From: an uncultured Gaiellales bacterium
GTDB lineage: Bacteria; Actinomycetota; Thermoleophilia; Gaiellales; Gaiellaceae
Assembly (NCBI GenBank): GCA_964581085.1
Contig: CAZOMP010000006.1
Span: forward strand, 85,189-149,188
DNA: 64,000 nucleotides
Direction: 5' to 3'
Positions 1 through 9,672 of the stretch are shown here, in pieces. Both the position numbers and the translations under genes were made by a program. How positions within the stretch are numbered: position 1 is the stretch's first letter; each line of letters begins with the position of its first letter. Below the pieces are notes generated by a model, which saw only the letters and a program-made list of their open reading frames with translations, ran no database searches and was not told the origin of the DNA.

Positions 1-371
1 TCGAGGGCCAGCGACTGATGCAGGCGGCGAGCGACATCATGCTCGGCTGGATCAGGGCCGAGGGCACCGACGGTGTCAAGCGCGACTTCTACATCCGGCA
101 GCTCTGGGACGCAAAGGGCTCCGCCCTCGTCGATCAGTTCGAGCCCGACATCATGTTCTTCTACGGCCGGCTATGCGGCGCGGAGCTCGCCCGGGCACAC
201 GTTCGAGCCGGTGACGGCGTCGCGATCGCCAGCTACCTCGGCGGCGGCGACTCGTTCGAACGGGCCATGGGCAGGTTCGCCGAGGCGTACGCCGATCAGA
301 ACGAGCGTGACTACGCGGCGTTGAAGACGGCCGTCGAGGAGGGACGGGTTCCCGCCGAATTCGGGCTCTAG
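1..371 (+). CDS. DUF2252 family protein, C-terminal part (truncated by window edge)
   Basis: MQAASDIMLGW...DFYIRQLWDAKGS...LARAH...FAEAYADQNERDY resembles the DUF2252 C-terminus. Confidence 0.8.
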   Translation, partial: EGQRLMQAASDIMLGWIRAEGTDGVKRDFYIRQLWDAKGSALVDQFEPDIMFFYGRLCGAELARAHVRAGDGVAIASYLGGGDSFERAMGRFAEAYADQNERDYAALKTAVEEGRVPAEFGL

Positions 372-398
372 AACCCCGTTCAGGCTCGCACCACGCCC

Positions 399-1766
399 TC
401 ACCAGCCCCGGGGCGCGAGCCGGCCGTAGCCGGGCCGCGCCCCGAGCTCGCCGTCGGCGACGACGACGTGTCCGCGCACGATCGTCGTCGCCGGCCAGCC
501 CGTCACCGTCGTTCCCTCGTAGGTCGAGTGGTCGACGTTCGAGTGGAGCAGCTCGTGCGAGATCTGCACGCGTCGCTCCGGGTCGAACACGACGACGTCG
601 GCGTCGCGCCCGGGCAGGAGGCGGCCCTTCGTCGGCAGGCCGAACACCTCGGCCGGACGCGAGCAGCAGACCTCGACCCAACGGCGCCGCGAGATCCGAC
701 CCGTGCGGACACCGAGGTCGTGGATGAGCGCCAGCCGCACCTCGATCCCGCTCGTTCCGCGCGGAGGCACGAGCCGGCCGTTGCCGTCGGGACGCAGCCG
801 CCGCGGCCCGTGGTCCGTGGAGACGATGTCGAGGACGCCGTTCCGGAGCCCCTGCCACTGAGCCTCGCGAGCCGCCTCGCTCCGCAGCGGCGGGCTGAGC
901 TCGAACGCCGACCCTCGTACAGGGTCCTCGAGCAGGCTCTCGTCGAGCAGGAGGTAGTGGAGCACCGACTCGCCGAACGCGTCCTGACCGCGTTCCTTCG
1001 CGCGCGCGAGCTCGTCGACCGCAGCGGCGGCGGTGACGTGGAAGACGAGCACCCGGCAGCCGGCAAACTGGGCGATTGTCAGAGCGCGATGGGTCGCCTC
1101 ACCCTCCAGCGCTGCAGGCCGTGCGTTCCCGTGGAAGCGGAGCTCGGTCCGTCCGGCCTCGACGTTCTGTCGCGTCAGCTCCTCGATCACGGCCATGTTC
1201 TCGGCATGCACGATCGCGAGACCATCCACCTCCGCCACCCGCTGCATCCCGTAGAGGAGGGCGTCGTCGGGCAGCGCGTAGCCGGGGTAGGCCATGAAGA
1301 ACTTGAACGAGGGCACACCTGCCGCCGCGATCTGCGGGATCTCGGCCAGCAGCTCGCGGCTCGGCTCGCGCGGGTTGACGTGGAAGCCGTAGTCGACCAC
1401 ACAGGCGCCGTCGGCCTCGGTGATGCGCGCCGCGAGGCCGTCGGCGAGCGTGCGCCCCCGGTAGGGCTCGACCTGCACCTGGTCGAGGAAGGTCGTGACG
1501 CCGCCGAACGCCGCCGCCACGGAACCGGTCGTGAACGTGTCGTCGTACGCGTCCTCGTCGCGCTCGGTGCGGATGTGCACGTGACCGTCGATCGCTCCCG
1601 GGATCACGAGCATCCCCGTGGCGTCGATCTCACGCCGGCCGTGCAGGGCGTGACCGACGGCCGCAATCCGCTCTCCCTCGATCGCCACGTCCGCGATCTC
1701 ATCGCGGTCGCCGTCCACGACCCATCCGCCGCGGATCACGAGGTCGAAGGCCCGCTCCTGCTCCAC
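399..1766 (-). CDS. hydA: dihydropyrimidinase / D-hydantoinase (cyclic amidohydrolase)
   Basis: PGAIDGHVH, AAFGGVTT, SFKFFMAY, VHAEN, SPPLR, STDH, GRDADVVVFDP, VDHSTYEG motifs. Confidence 0.85.
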   Translation of the reverse strand: MEQERAFDLVIRGGWVVDGDRDEIADVAIEGERIAAVGHALHGRREIDATGMLVIPGAIDGHVHIRTERDEDAYDDTFTTGSVAAAFGGVTTFLDQVQVEPYRGRTLADGLAARITEADGACVVDYGFHVNPREPSRELLAEIPQIAAAGVPSFKFFMAYPGYALPDDALLYGMQRVAEVDGLAIVHAENMAVIEELTRQNVEAGRTELRFHGNARPAALEGEATHRALTIAQFAGCRVLVFHVTAAAAVDELARAKERGQDAFGESVLHYLLLDESLLEDPVRGSAFELSPPLRSEAAREAQWQGLRNGVLDIVSTDHGPRRLRPDGNGRLVPPRGTSGIEVRLALIHDLGVRTGRISRRRWVEVCCSRPAEVFGLPTKGRLLPGRDADVVVFDPERRVQISHELLHSNVDHSTYEGTTVTGWPATTIVRGHVVVADGELGARPGYGRLAPRGW

Positions 1767-1777
1767 CGGGATCGGCC

Positions 1778-2311
1778 TCAGACGAGGCGTGCCACGACCG
1801 GAACCGGTCGCCGCACCGTGTTCGGGATCGGAGCCAGATCGAGCGCGTGCTCGAGCAGCTCTTCGAGCTCCGCACGCGGCGCCGGGCTGTCGAGGTGCAC
1901 GGCGATCTCGATCTCCCGGAAGCCGGGGCTACCCGGCTCGACGCCGTAGGCAGCGGTCAGGTTCACGACTCCGCTCACTTCTACCGCGAGCGCCTCGATC
2001 TCGATTCCGCGAGCGGCTGCGCTGCCGGCGAGACCGACGACGAGGCACTGGCCGACGGCCGTCAGCAGCATGTCCTCCGGCGAGGGGCCCGTCCCCGTCC
2101 CCGCGAGGTCGACGGGCTCATCGCCGCGCACGACCGTCGTCCCGGGAAGCGAGGTCTCGGTGCGGTACCCGCCGAGCCAGCGGACGCGGGCGCCAAACGG
2201 ACGCCGCCCGGCCTCCGGATCGTCGCGGTAACGCTCGACGATGCGCTGCACCGCCTCGAGGTCGACGCCGTTGGCAACGCCTGCCAGGGGCGGTCGGGCT
2301 TCGTCGGACAT
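1778..2311 (-). CDS. OsmC/Ohr-like protein (single Cys)
   Basis: DEP..LAGTGTGPSPEDMLLTAVGQCL motif; leaderless-type TAGGAT 6 nt before ATG. Confidence 0.8.
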   Translation of the reverse strand: MSDEARPPLAGVANGVDLEAVQRIVERYRDDPEAGRRPFGARVRWLGGYRTETSLPGTTVVRGDEPVDLAGTGTGPSPEDMLLTAVGQCLVVGLAGSAAARGIEIEALAVEVSGVVNLTAAYGVEPGSPGFREIEIAVHLDSPAPRAELEELLEHALDLAPIPNTVRRPVPVVARLV

Positions 2312-2382
2312 GACTCGATCCTAGCCACGCTCGCCCGTGAATCCTGAAACCGGGCCGCCTCCACAGCTACCATCGCCTTCCC

Positions 2383-2931
2383 GTGTCGAAGCTCTCGTTC
2401 ATTGCCGTCGTCGGTGTCCTTGCCGCCATGCTCCTCGCCGCAGGGTGCGGCTCCAAGAGCAGCTCCGAGCCGTCTGCAAGCGACTGGGCAGACGGTCTCT
2501 GCACAGCGGTCTCGACGTGGACGACCTCGCTTCAGGCAACGGTCGACGACGTCAAGCAGAACGGGATCAGCAAGGACTCGCTCACGAACGCGATCGACGA
2601 CGCGAAGAAGTCGACGCAGACGTTCACCGACTCGCTCGACGATCTCGGCAGGCCGAACACGGACTCCGGCCAGCAGGCGCAGGACGCCGTCAACACGCTC
2701 TCCTCGGAGATCAAGACGGACCTCCAGACGATCGAGGATGCCGTGAGCAACGCCTCCGGGATCGTGGGCATCACGAGCGCCGTGACGACGATCCAGCAGA
2801 CGATCTCGAAGGCGGGCACGCAGGTGAAGGACACCGTCTCGACGCTCCAGGGGCTCGATGCGAAGGGCGAGCTGGAGCAGGCGTTCAAGGACGCACCGAG
2901 CTGCCAGAAGCTGAGCTCGTCCGGCAGCTGA
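2383..2931 (+). CDS. hypothetical lipoprotein
   Basis: Signal peptide with lipobox LAAGC; helical body with a probable Cys pair. Confidence 0.75.
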   Translation: MSKLSFIAVVGVLAAMLLAAGCGSKSSSEPSASDWADGLCTAVSTWTTSLQATVDDVKQNGISKDSLTNAIDDAKKSTQTFTDSLDDLGRPNTDSGQQAQDAVNTLSSEIKTDLQTIEDAVSNASGIVGITSAVTTIQQTISKAGTQVKDTVSTLQGLDAKGELEQAFKDAPSCQKLSSSGS

Positions 2932-2968
2932 CAGGACGCCGCTGCGCCGTCGCGACTGGATCGGGCCC

Positions 2969-3130
2969 GTGCTCTGCGCGCTCGGCGCGCTCTGCATGTT
3001 CGCCGCGCTCGCGGTCGATCTCGACAGCTCCGGCGCAAAGGTGCTGATGGCGGTCGCTGCGATTCTCTTCGTGCCGGGCGCCTACGTGACGCTCGCGATG
3101 GTGCGACGCATCGCAGGCCCACCCAACTGA
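2969..3130 (+). CDS. small two-TM membrane protein (53 aa, start uncertain)
   Basis: Manual translation VLCALGALCMFAALAVDLDSSGAKVLMAVAAILFVPGAYVTLAMVRRIAGPPN; fills an intergenic gap; below the ORF-track cutoff. Confidence 0.5.
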   Translation: MLCALGALCMFAALAVDLDSSGAKVLMAVAAILFVPGAYVTLAMVRRIAGPPN

Positions 3131-3277
3131 GCATCGCCGGCGGGACCCGGAGAATCGCCCCCCGGGTGACCCCAGAATCGTCCTTGCGGACGATGGCCGG
3201 GCCATGCAAGTTCTCTAGTGTGGCGACGGGTTGCGGTCGGGTCACGCCCGCAAAACGTCATCAGAAGGGGGACACAC

Positions 3278-4354
3278 ATGCGAAGGATGCTCGTCGCCGC
3301 CCTCGCGGTGCTCGGCGCGCTCGCGACGGTCGGAGCGGCCCAGGCCGCCAGCTGGCAGGTGGCCGCGGGCGAACAGTCACGGCCGCCGGCGGGTACGCCG
3401 AAGATGACGACGCTCAACGCGTTCTTCCCGTCGAGGCTCGTCGTCAACGCCGGCGACTCGGTCACGTTCACGAGCGCGGGGCCGCCACACACGGTCACCT
3501 ACCTGGGCGGACGGCCCCCGGCGGCCCTGTTCGTTCCCGACCCGGGGAAGAGCACCTACACGGGGATCAACGACTCCACCGGGGCGCCGTTCTATTTCGA
3601 CGGCCTGCCCAAGTTCATCTACAACGGCGCCGCGTTCGCGCCGATCGGTGGCAAGACGATCGTGAAGGGCGTGCCCGCGTCCAGCGGAATCCTCACGCCG
3701 GCCGGACCGAAGGCACCGCCGGCAAAGGCGATCTACACGTTCCCCAAGGCAGGGGCGTTCCAGCTCGTCTGCAACCTCCACCCGGGAATGAAGATCGATG
3801 TCGTCGTCAAGGCCGCGGGGCAGCCGGTCCCGCTGACTCCCTCGCAGGTCACCTCGAAGGCGCTCGTCGCCGTCAACAACGCCTTCGCGCAGGGCAAGGT
3901 GCTCGCGTCACGGCCGGTGCCGAAGAACACGGTCTACGCGGGCGTCGGGGGAGCGACGACGATCCTCAGCTTCTACCCGCAGGTGTTGACGGTGAAGGCG
4001 GGGACGAAGGTTCGGTTCCTCGACATGTCCCCGACCGAGGTGCACAACGTCGCCTTCGGCCCCAAGGCCTATCTCCTCGCCTTCTCGAAGAAGACGGACT
4101 TCCTGCCGACTGGCCCGAACTCGAAGAACCAGGCGACGCCGGTGTTCCCCTACGGCACCGATCCGAAGTCCGCCTATACGTATGACGGCACGAACCACGG
4201 CAACGGGTTCTTCCAGACCCAGCTGGTCTCCGGCTCCGCTGCGATCCCGCTGCCACGCGCGGTCTCGGTGACGTTCACGAAGGCGGGTACCTACCACTAC
4301 ATCTGCTTCCTCCACGGTCCCGACATGAGCGGGACGATCAGGGTCACACCCTGA
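3278..4354 (+). CDS. secreted protein with two cupredoxin (type-1 copper) domains
   Basis: RBS AGGGGG; signal peptide; PHTVT...CNLHPGM and VHNVAF...CFLHGPDM ligand sets. Confidence 0.8.
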   Translation: MRRMLVAALAVLGALATVGAAQAASWQVAAGEQSRPPAGTPKMTTLNAFFPSRLVVNAGDSVTFTSAGPPHTVTYLGGRPPAALFVPDPGKSTYTGINDSTGAPFYFDGLPKFIYNGAAFAPIGGKTIVKGVPASSGILTPAGPKAPPAKAIYTFPKAGAFQLVCNLHPGMKIDVVVKAAGQPVPLTPSQVTSKALVAVNNAFAQGKVLASRPVPKNTVYAGVGGATTILSFYPQVLTVKAGTKVRFLDMSPTEVHNVAFGPKAYLLAFSKKTDFLPTGPNSKNQATPVFPYGTDPKSAYTYDGTNHGNGFFQTQLVSGSAAIPLPRAVSVTFTKAGTYHYICFLHGPDMSGTIRVTP

Positions 4355-5328
4355 GCGAAGACGCACGGCAGCCGATCAGGCGAGGGTCGGGAGCGCGAGC
4401 GCTCCTGGCCCTCGCTCTGTCTGCGGTCACACTCGCCGTCCCTGGCGGGCTCGCACTGCACGTCGCCGGTGCCCGCGCAGATGCCCAGCGCCACGTGGTC
4501 GAGATCTGGGTGGCGGCGGTGCCGGTGACCTGGCATGTCGTCCCGAACGAGCGGGATGCGATCGGGGGCATGCGGTTCGAACCGTCGCAGACGACCCTGC
4601 GGACGGTCGTCTATCGCCAGTTCACCCGCGACTTCGGGAAGATGGTCCCGAACGTCGAGGGCAACCGCGGCATCCAGGGACCGCTCCTCCACGCCCGGGT
4701 CGGGGACACGATCGTCGTTCACTTCCGGAACCTCGACACGGAGTTCAACCGCCCCCACTCGATGCACTTCCACGGGGTCGAGTACGCGCCCGGCTCGGAC
4801 GGGGCTTACATCCCGGGATTCTCCGGTCCCGGCGCGAACGTGAAGCCGGGCCAGACGTTCACCTACCGGCTCGTCGCCGGCCCCGGCTCGGCGGGCGTCT
4901 GGCCCTATCACGACCACTCCCCGTCGATGATGGACTCGATCGCCGGAGGCATGTACGGCGCCCTCTCGATCCTCGGTCGCAGCGAGCAGGCACCCGACCG
5001 GGAGTTCGTCGTCTTCCTCGAGTCGACCCTCGGCTTCATGACGATCAACGGCCGGGCGTTCGTCGGCAACACGCCGGTCTTCCGCGCGAAGGTGGGCGAG
5101 ACGGTTCAGTGGGACGTGCTCGCGCTCGGCGACGACTTCCATACGTTCCATGTCCACGGCCACCGTTGGCTCACCGCCGACGGGCCGCGGGACACGCAGA
5201 CGGTCGGCCCCGCCGAGAGCTACAAGATCCGCTGGCGCGAGGACGCCCCCGGGACGTGGCTGTACCACTGCCACGTCGAGGCGCACATGATGAACGGGAT
5301 GATCGGCATCTACCGGGTCAGCCCGTGA
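4351..5328 (+). CDS. two-domain multicopper oxidase (small laccase-like); probable CTG start
   Basis: HSMHFHG, WPYHDH, HTFHVHGH, YHCHVEAHMMNGM; the frame is open upstream of GTG 4495 through an RR+hydrophobic signal peptide to CTG 4351. Confidence 0.85.
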   Translation: MSEDARQPIRRGSGARALLALALSAVTLAVPGGLALHVAGARADAQRHVVEIWVAAVPVTWHVVPNERDAIGGMRFEPSQTTLRTVVYRQFTRDFGKMVPNVEGNRGIQGPLLHARVGDTIVVHFRNLDTEFNRPHSMHFHGVEYAPGSDGAYIPGFSGPGANVKPGQTFTYRLVAGPGSAGVWPYHDHSPSMMDSIAGGMYGALSILGRSEQAPDREFVVFLESTLGFMTINGRAFVGNTPVFRAKVGETVQWDVLALGDDFHTFHVHGHRWLTADGPRDTQTVGPAESYKIRWREDAPGTWLYHCHVEAHMMNGMIGIYRVSP

Positions 5329-6140
5329 TCCGCCTGCTCGTTGCTGCTGCCGTACTTGCCCTCGCCGCGGCCGCCGTCGCCTCTGCCGCCGAGGCCCCGA
5401 CACGCGAAGTCGACATGCCGGGCAAGGTGTTCGACCCCACCCAGATCACGGTGCTGACGGGCACGACCGTGACCTGGCGCAACAGCGACTCGACGAACCA
5501 CACGGTCACGGCGGACGGCGGCGGCTTCGATTCCGGTTACGTCGGGCCCGGCGGGAGCTTCTCGTACACGTTTGCGAGACAGGGGCGCTACGCCTACCAC
5601 TGCCAGATCCACAAGTTCATGAAAGGCGAGGTAGACGTCTACTCGCTCGTGCTGACGGGACCGGGTCACCCCGTCACCGCCGGGAGCCCCGTGACGCTGT
5701 CCGGTCTCGCGTCCGCCGGGACCACCTCGGTCGCGCTCGTACAGGTGGGATCGAAGGCCCCGGTGCGCACGGTCAAGCCGCGGCCGGACGGAAGCTTCAC
5801 GATCCACTTCCGCGCCCCGGCACCCGGCGCCTTCCGCGTGATCTCGGGCACAGGGACGAGCCCCCTCGTGACGGTGCAGGTCATGCCCGTCGTGAGCACG
5901 AGACGCAGCGGGCGTACGCTCGTGGTCACGACGACACCCGACCGTCCGGGTGCACGGGTCGCGCTCCAGACATACGTACGCGACCTCTTCACCTGGCGCA
6001 CCGTCGCACGGACGCGGCTCTCGGCGAGCTCCCGGGCACGGCTCACGCTCCCGGCGGACAGCGAGCGGGTGCGCGTCGTCGTCCGAGGCGGCAAGGGCTG
6101 GGCAGACGGCACATCGGGCCAGATCGTGCTCCACCGCTGA
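5325..6140 (+). CDS. secreted cupredoxin-domain protein with C-terminal Ig-like extension
   Basis: GTGA overlap with the oxidase; signal peptide; NHTVTA...YHCQIHKFMKG. Confidence 0.8.
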   Translation: MIRLLVAAAVLALAAAAVASAAEAPTREVDMPGKVFDPTQITVLTGTTVTWRNSDSTNHTVTADGGGFDSGYVGPGGSFSYTFARQGRYAYHCQIHKFMKGEVDVYSLVLTGPGHPVTAGSPVTLSGLASAGTTSVALVQVGSKAPVRTVKPRPDGSFTIHFRAPAPGAFRVISGTGTSPLVTVQVMPVVSTRRSGRTLVVTTTPDRPGARVALQTYVRDLFTWRTVARTRLSASSRARLTLPADSERVRVVVRGGKGWADGTSGQIVLHR

Positions 6141-6145
6141 GAGTC

Positions 6146-6175
6146 AATTTAGCTACATCTAAATTTGGGTAGAAT
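6146..6175 (+). promoter_or_regulatory. DtxR/MntR-type operator palindrome plus -10 element of mntH
   Basis: AATTTAG-ctacat-CTAAATT (6146-6165); TAGAAT (6170-6175) 6 nt before the GTG start. Confidence 0.7.
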
Positions 6176-6181
6176 GTCCTG

Positions 6182-7519
6182 GTGACATCGCCGCCGCTGG
6201 ACACCCATCCGACCGGCGGCGGGCTCGTGGCGGGTGCCGAGGAGGCACTGCCGGGCGAGGCGGCGGTGCTTCGGGCGGCGGAGCGCTCGCTCAGCGGCGA
6301 GCGGCGGGGGATCCGACGGTTTTTGCCGTTCCTCGGACCGGCGTTCATCGCCTCGGTCGCGTACGTCGATCCCGGCAACTTCGCCACCAACATGGCGGCG
6401 GGAGCCAAGTACGGCTATCTGCTGCTCTGGGTCGTGCTGACCGCGAACCTGATGGCGATGCTGATCCAGTCGATGAGCGCCAAGCTCGGGATCGCAACCG
6501 GCCGCAACCTGCCCGAGGTCTGCCGCGACCGCTTCAGCCGCCGCGTCTCGTTCGGCCTCTGGATCCAGGCGGAGTTGATCGCGATGGCGACCGACATCGC
6601 CGAGTTCGTCGGCGCTGCGATCGGGATCAACCTCCTCACAGGACTCCCTCTCTTCCCCTCGGCACTCCTCACCGGCTTCGCAGCATTCGCCATCCTCGCC
6701 CTCCAGGCACACGGCTTCCGCCGTCTGGAGGCGGTCATCGCCGCCTTCGTCGGCGTGATCGTGGTCGCTTTCGGCTTCCAGGTGTTCGAGTCCGACCCGT
6801 CCCTGCCGAGCATCGCCCACGGGCTCCTCGTGCCGGGCTTCGACGGCACCGAGAGCGTGCTCCTTGCCGTCGGCATCCTCGGCGCCACCTGCATGCCGCA
6901 CGTCATCTACCTCCATTCGGCGCTGACGCAGAAGCGGGTCGTCGGCACGACGGAGGAGGCGCGACGGCGGATCTTCCGGTTCGAGCTCGTCGACGTCGTG
7001 ATCGCGATGTCGATCGCCGGCCTGATCAACATGAGCATGCTGATCACGGCCGCCGCCGTGTTCAACTCGCACGGGCTCCTCGAGGTGGGCGACGACCTCT
7101 CGGGCGTCTACGACGGTCTCGAGACCTATCTCGGCACCGCCGCCGCGATCATGTTCGGCGTGGCGCTCCTCGCTTCGGGACTCTCGTCCTCGAGCGTCGG
7201 CACGATGGCCGGCCAGGTCGTGATGCAGGGGTTCATCGCCCGGCGGATCCCGCTGCTCGTGCGTCGCGCCGTCACGATGGCGCCGGCGTTGATCATCGTC
7301 GCCGTCGGCGTCGACCCCTCGCGGGCGCTCGTCCTCAGCCAGGTGGTGCTCTCGTTCGGGATCCCGTTCGCGTTGATACCGCTCGTCATGTTCTGCCGCA
7401 ACCGGGAGCTGATGGGCGACCTCGTCAACCGGCGCGTGACGACGGTGGCGGCGGTGGGCGTCGCCGCGGTCATCATCTGCCTCAACGCCTTCCTGCTCGA
7501 GCAGACGCTCCTCGCCTGA
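6182..7519 (+). CDS. mntH: Nramp family Mn2+/Fe2+ transporter
   Basis: AYVDPGNFATN, MPHVIYLHS, GQVVMQGF signatures. Confidence 0.95.
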   Translation: MTSPPLDTHPTGGGLVAGAEEALPGEAAVLRAAERSLSGERRGIRRFLPFLGPAFIASVAYVDPGNFATNMAAGAKYGYLLLWVVLTANLMAMLIQSMSAKLGIATGRNLPEVCRDRFSRRVSFGLWIQAELIAMATDIAEFVGAAIGINLLTGLPLFPSALLTGFAAFAILALQAHGFRRLEAVIAAFVGVIVVAFGFQVFESDPSLPSIAHGLLVPGFDGTESVLLAVGILGATCMPHVIYLHSALTQKRVVGTTEEARRRIFRFELVDVVIAMSIAGLINMSMLITAAAVFNSHGLLEVGDDLSGVYDGLETYLGTAAAIMFGVALLASGLSSSSVGTMAGQVVMQGFIARRIPLLVRRAVTMAPALIIVAVGVDPSRALVLSQVVLSFGIPFALIPLVMFCRNRELMGDLVNRRVTTVAAVGVAAVIICLNAFLLEQTLLA

Positions 7520-7528
7520 GGGGCAGCC

Positions 7529-8503
7529 CTACAGCGACGCACGCCAGGCCGCGAGGAGTTCAGCCTGCCGCTCGTCGGTCATCCCGACCCCGGCGACCGG
7601 CGGTGAGTCCGCAAGCGTTGCAGCGACCGTGTCGGCGATCGACCGGAACCGCAGGCCGAGAGCCACGGCCCGCGAGGCGTCCACCTCGGCCCAGGCAGCC
7701 CAGTCGGGATCGTCCCCGGGCCAGAGCGGAAGCTCGGGTGGGTCTACTGCCTGGGCGGCGAGGAACCCGTCGTCGACGGGGACGACGTCGAGCACGGCTC
7801 CGCTCTGCCGGGCCGCCTCCACGAGAAGATCAAAGAGCGTCACGGGCGGCAGCGGCCCCGTGGTGTTGAAGACTCCAGGGGTGCCGTCGCGTGTGAGGAG
7901 GAGTACGAACGCGCCGAGGTCGCGAGTGTCGATCGCCTGGAAGCGACGGGCCATCGAGGCAGGAAGGAGCACCTCGCCGCCGCGGGCCGCCCGGTGGACC
8001 CACCACGGAAAGCGGCCGGTGTGGTCGTGCGGGCCGACCACGTACCCGGGCCGGACAATGGTGGCACGGCTGCCGAAGGCAGCGTCGACATGGCGTTCGC
8101 AGGCGGCCTTGAGGCCGCCGTAGGTTCCGCCGTCGATCGTCTCGGTCGTCTCGTCGTCGAGGTGAGCGAGCGGCGCCGACTCGTCGGACGGCCGCGCGAG
8201 ATCGGCATACACCGAGATGGTGGAGATGTAGACGTAGCGCTCGACACCGTCGGCGAGTGCCCGGGTGGAATCGCGGACGTGTCGCGGTAGGTAGCCGGAC
8301 ACGTCGACGCAGGCATCCCAGCGTCGCCCGGCCAGTACCTCGAGCTCACCGCCCCGGTCGGCGAGCAGGTGCTCGGCTTCGGGGAAGAGGTCTGCGCCCG
8401 TGACTCCGCGGTGGAGCAGCGTCAGCTCGTGCCCGTCGTCGAGCGCCGCCTCGACAAACGCCCGTCCGACGAACTTGGTGCCGCCGAGGACGAGGATCCT
8501 CAC
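7529..8503 (-). CDS. NAD-dependent epimerase/dehydratase (extended SDR)
   Basis: ILVLGGTKFVG, YISTISVY, YGGLK; GTG start overlaps the upstream stop. Confidence 0.85.
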   Translation of the reverse strand: MRILVLGGTKFVGRAFVEAALDDGHELTLLHRGVTGADLFPEAEHLLADRGGELEVLAGRRWDACVDVSGYLPRHVRDSTRALADGVERYVYISTISVYADLARPSDESAPLAHLDDETTETIDGGTYGGLKAACERHVDAAFGSRATIVRPGYVVGPHDHTGRFPWWVHRAARGGEVLLPASMARRFQAIDTRDLGAFVLLLTRDGTPGVFNTTGPLPPVTLFDLLVEAARQSGAVLDVVPVDDGFLAAQAVDPPELPLWPGDDPDWAAWAEVDASRAVALGLRFRSIADTVAATLADSPPVAGVGMTDERQAELLAAWRASL

Positions 8504-9672
8504 AGGAGCTCCGCCACGCCGCCGAGCAGGCGGTCGACCTCCTCCTCGGTGTTGTAGTGGACGATCCCGGCCCGGACGGCCCCCATCCACCCGTCGAGGC
8601 CGAGCGCCCGCATCGTCTCGACCGCGTAGTAGTTGCCCCACCACACCGCCACCTCGTGCCTGTCCGCGAGGTGGGTGGCGACCTCCTCCGAGCTGCGGCC
8701 AGGGACGTTGAAGCAGAACGTCGGCACCCGTCCCTCCATCGTCGGCAGCCCGTAGAAGTCGACGCCGTCGGGAAGTCCGTCCAGGAAGCGCTGACCGAGC
8801 GCCCGCTCGTGTGCGACCATCGCGTCCCAGCCGAGCGAATCGATGTAGCCGAATGCGGCCACCAGCCCGGCGAGCAGCTCGTGCTGGCAGGTGCCGTGCT
8901 CGTAGCGGTGGCCGATCGGCTCGTTCGCCGCCGGCCGCACCTTGTAGGGCCGCCAGGAGCCGATCACGTCTTTCTTGCCGAAGGCCATGCCCATGTGCGG
9001 CCCGTAGAACTTGTACGGCGAACAGAGCAGCACGTCGACGTCCCAGGCGGCCACGTCGATCCGGCCGTGGGGGCCGAAATGGACGGCGTCCGCCCAGGCG
9101 AGCGCCCCCACCGAGTGCGCGAGCTCCGCGATCCGGCGCACGTCTGGCGCCGTGCCGACGGAGTTCGCCGCGACCGGAAATGCCACGACGCGGGTGCGGT
9201 CGCTCAGCTTCGCGGCGAGGTCGTCGTAGTCGAGCGAGAGGTCGTCGAGGACGTCGACCGCCTCGACGACGATGCCGAGATCCTCCTGCAGCGCGAGCCA
9301 GGGTGCCACGTTGCCGTCGTGGTCGAGGCGGGTTACGAGCACCTGGTCACCGGCCCGCAGCTCGCGTGCGAGCGCCCGCGTGAGGAGGAAGTTGAGCGAG
9401 GTCATGCTCTGCCCGAACGCCACCTCGTCGCCGGAGCAACCGAGGAAGGCGCCCGCTCGCTCGTGTGCGGTCTCGACGAGAGCCGTCGTACGCTTCGACG
9501 TCGCATAGGGTGCGCCGACGTTCGCGTTGTCGCGCCGCAGGTACTCGGCGATCGCGTCGATGACCTCATCCGGGCACTGGGTGCCGCCGGGGCCGTCGAA
9601 GAAGGCGAGCCGGCGCTGCAGCGCGGTGAAACGCGCACGGACGGCGTTGACATCCAGCAGGGTTGCGCTCAC
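8500..9672 (-). CDS. cysteine desulfurase-like PLP enzyme (Rv3778c family)
   Basis: FFDGPGGTQ, TRLDHDGN, DAVH, CSPYKFYGPH, GNYYA. Confidence 0.85.
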   Translation of the reverse strand: MSATLLDVNAVRARFTALQRRLAFFDGPGGTQCPDEVIDAIAEYLRRDNANVGAPYATSKRTTALVETAHERAGAFLGCSGDEVAFGQSMTSLNFLLTRALARELRAGDQVLVTRLDHDGNVAPWLALQEDLGIVVEAVDVLDDLSLDYDDLAAKLSDRTRVVAFPVAANSVGTAPDVRRIAELAHSVGALAWADAVHFGPHGRIDVAAWDVDVLLCSPYKFYGPHMGMAFGKKDVIGSWRPYKVRPAANEPIGHRYEHGTCQHELLAGLVAAFGYIDSLGWDAMVAHERALGQRFLDGLPDGVDFYGLPTMEGRVPTFCFNVPGRSSEEVATHLADRHEVAVWWGNYYAVETMRALGLDGWMGAVRAGIVHYNTEEEVDRLLGGVAELL

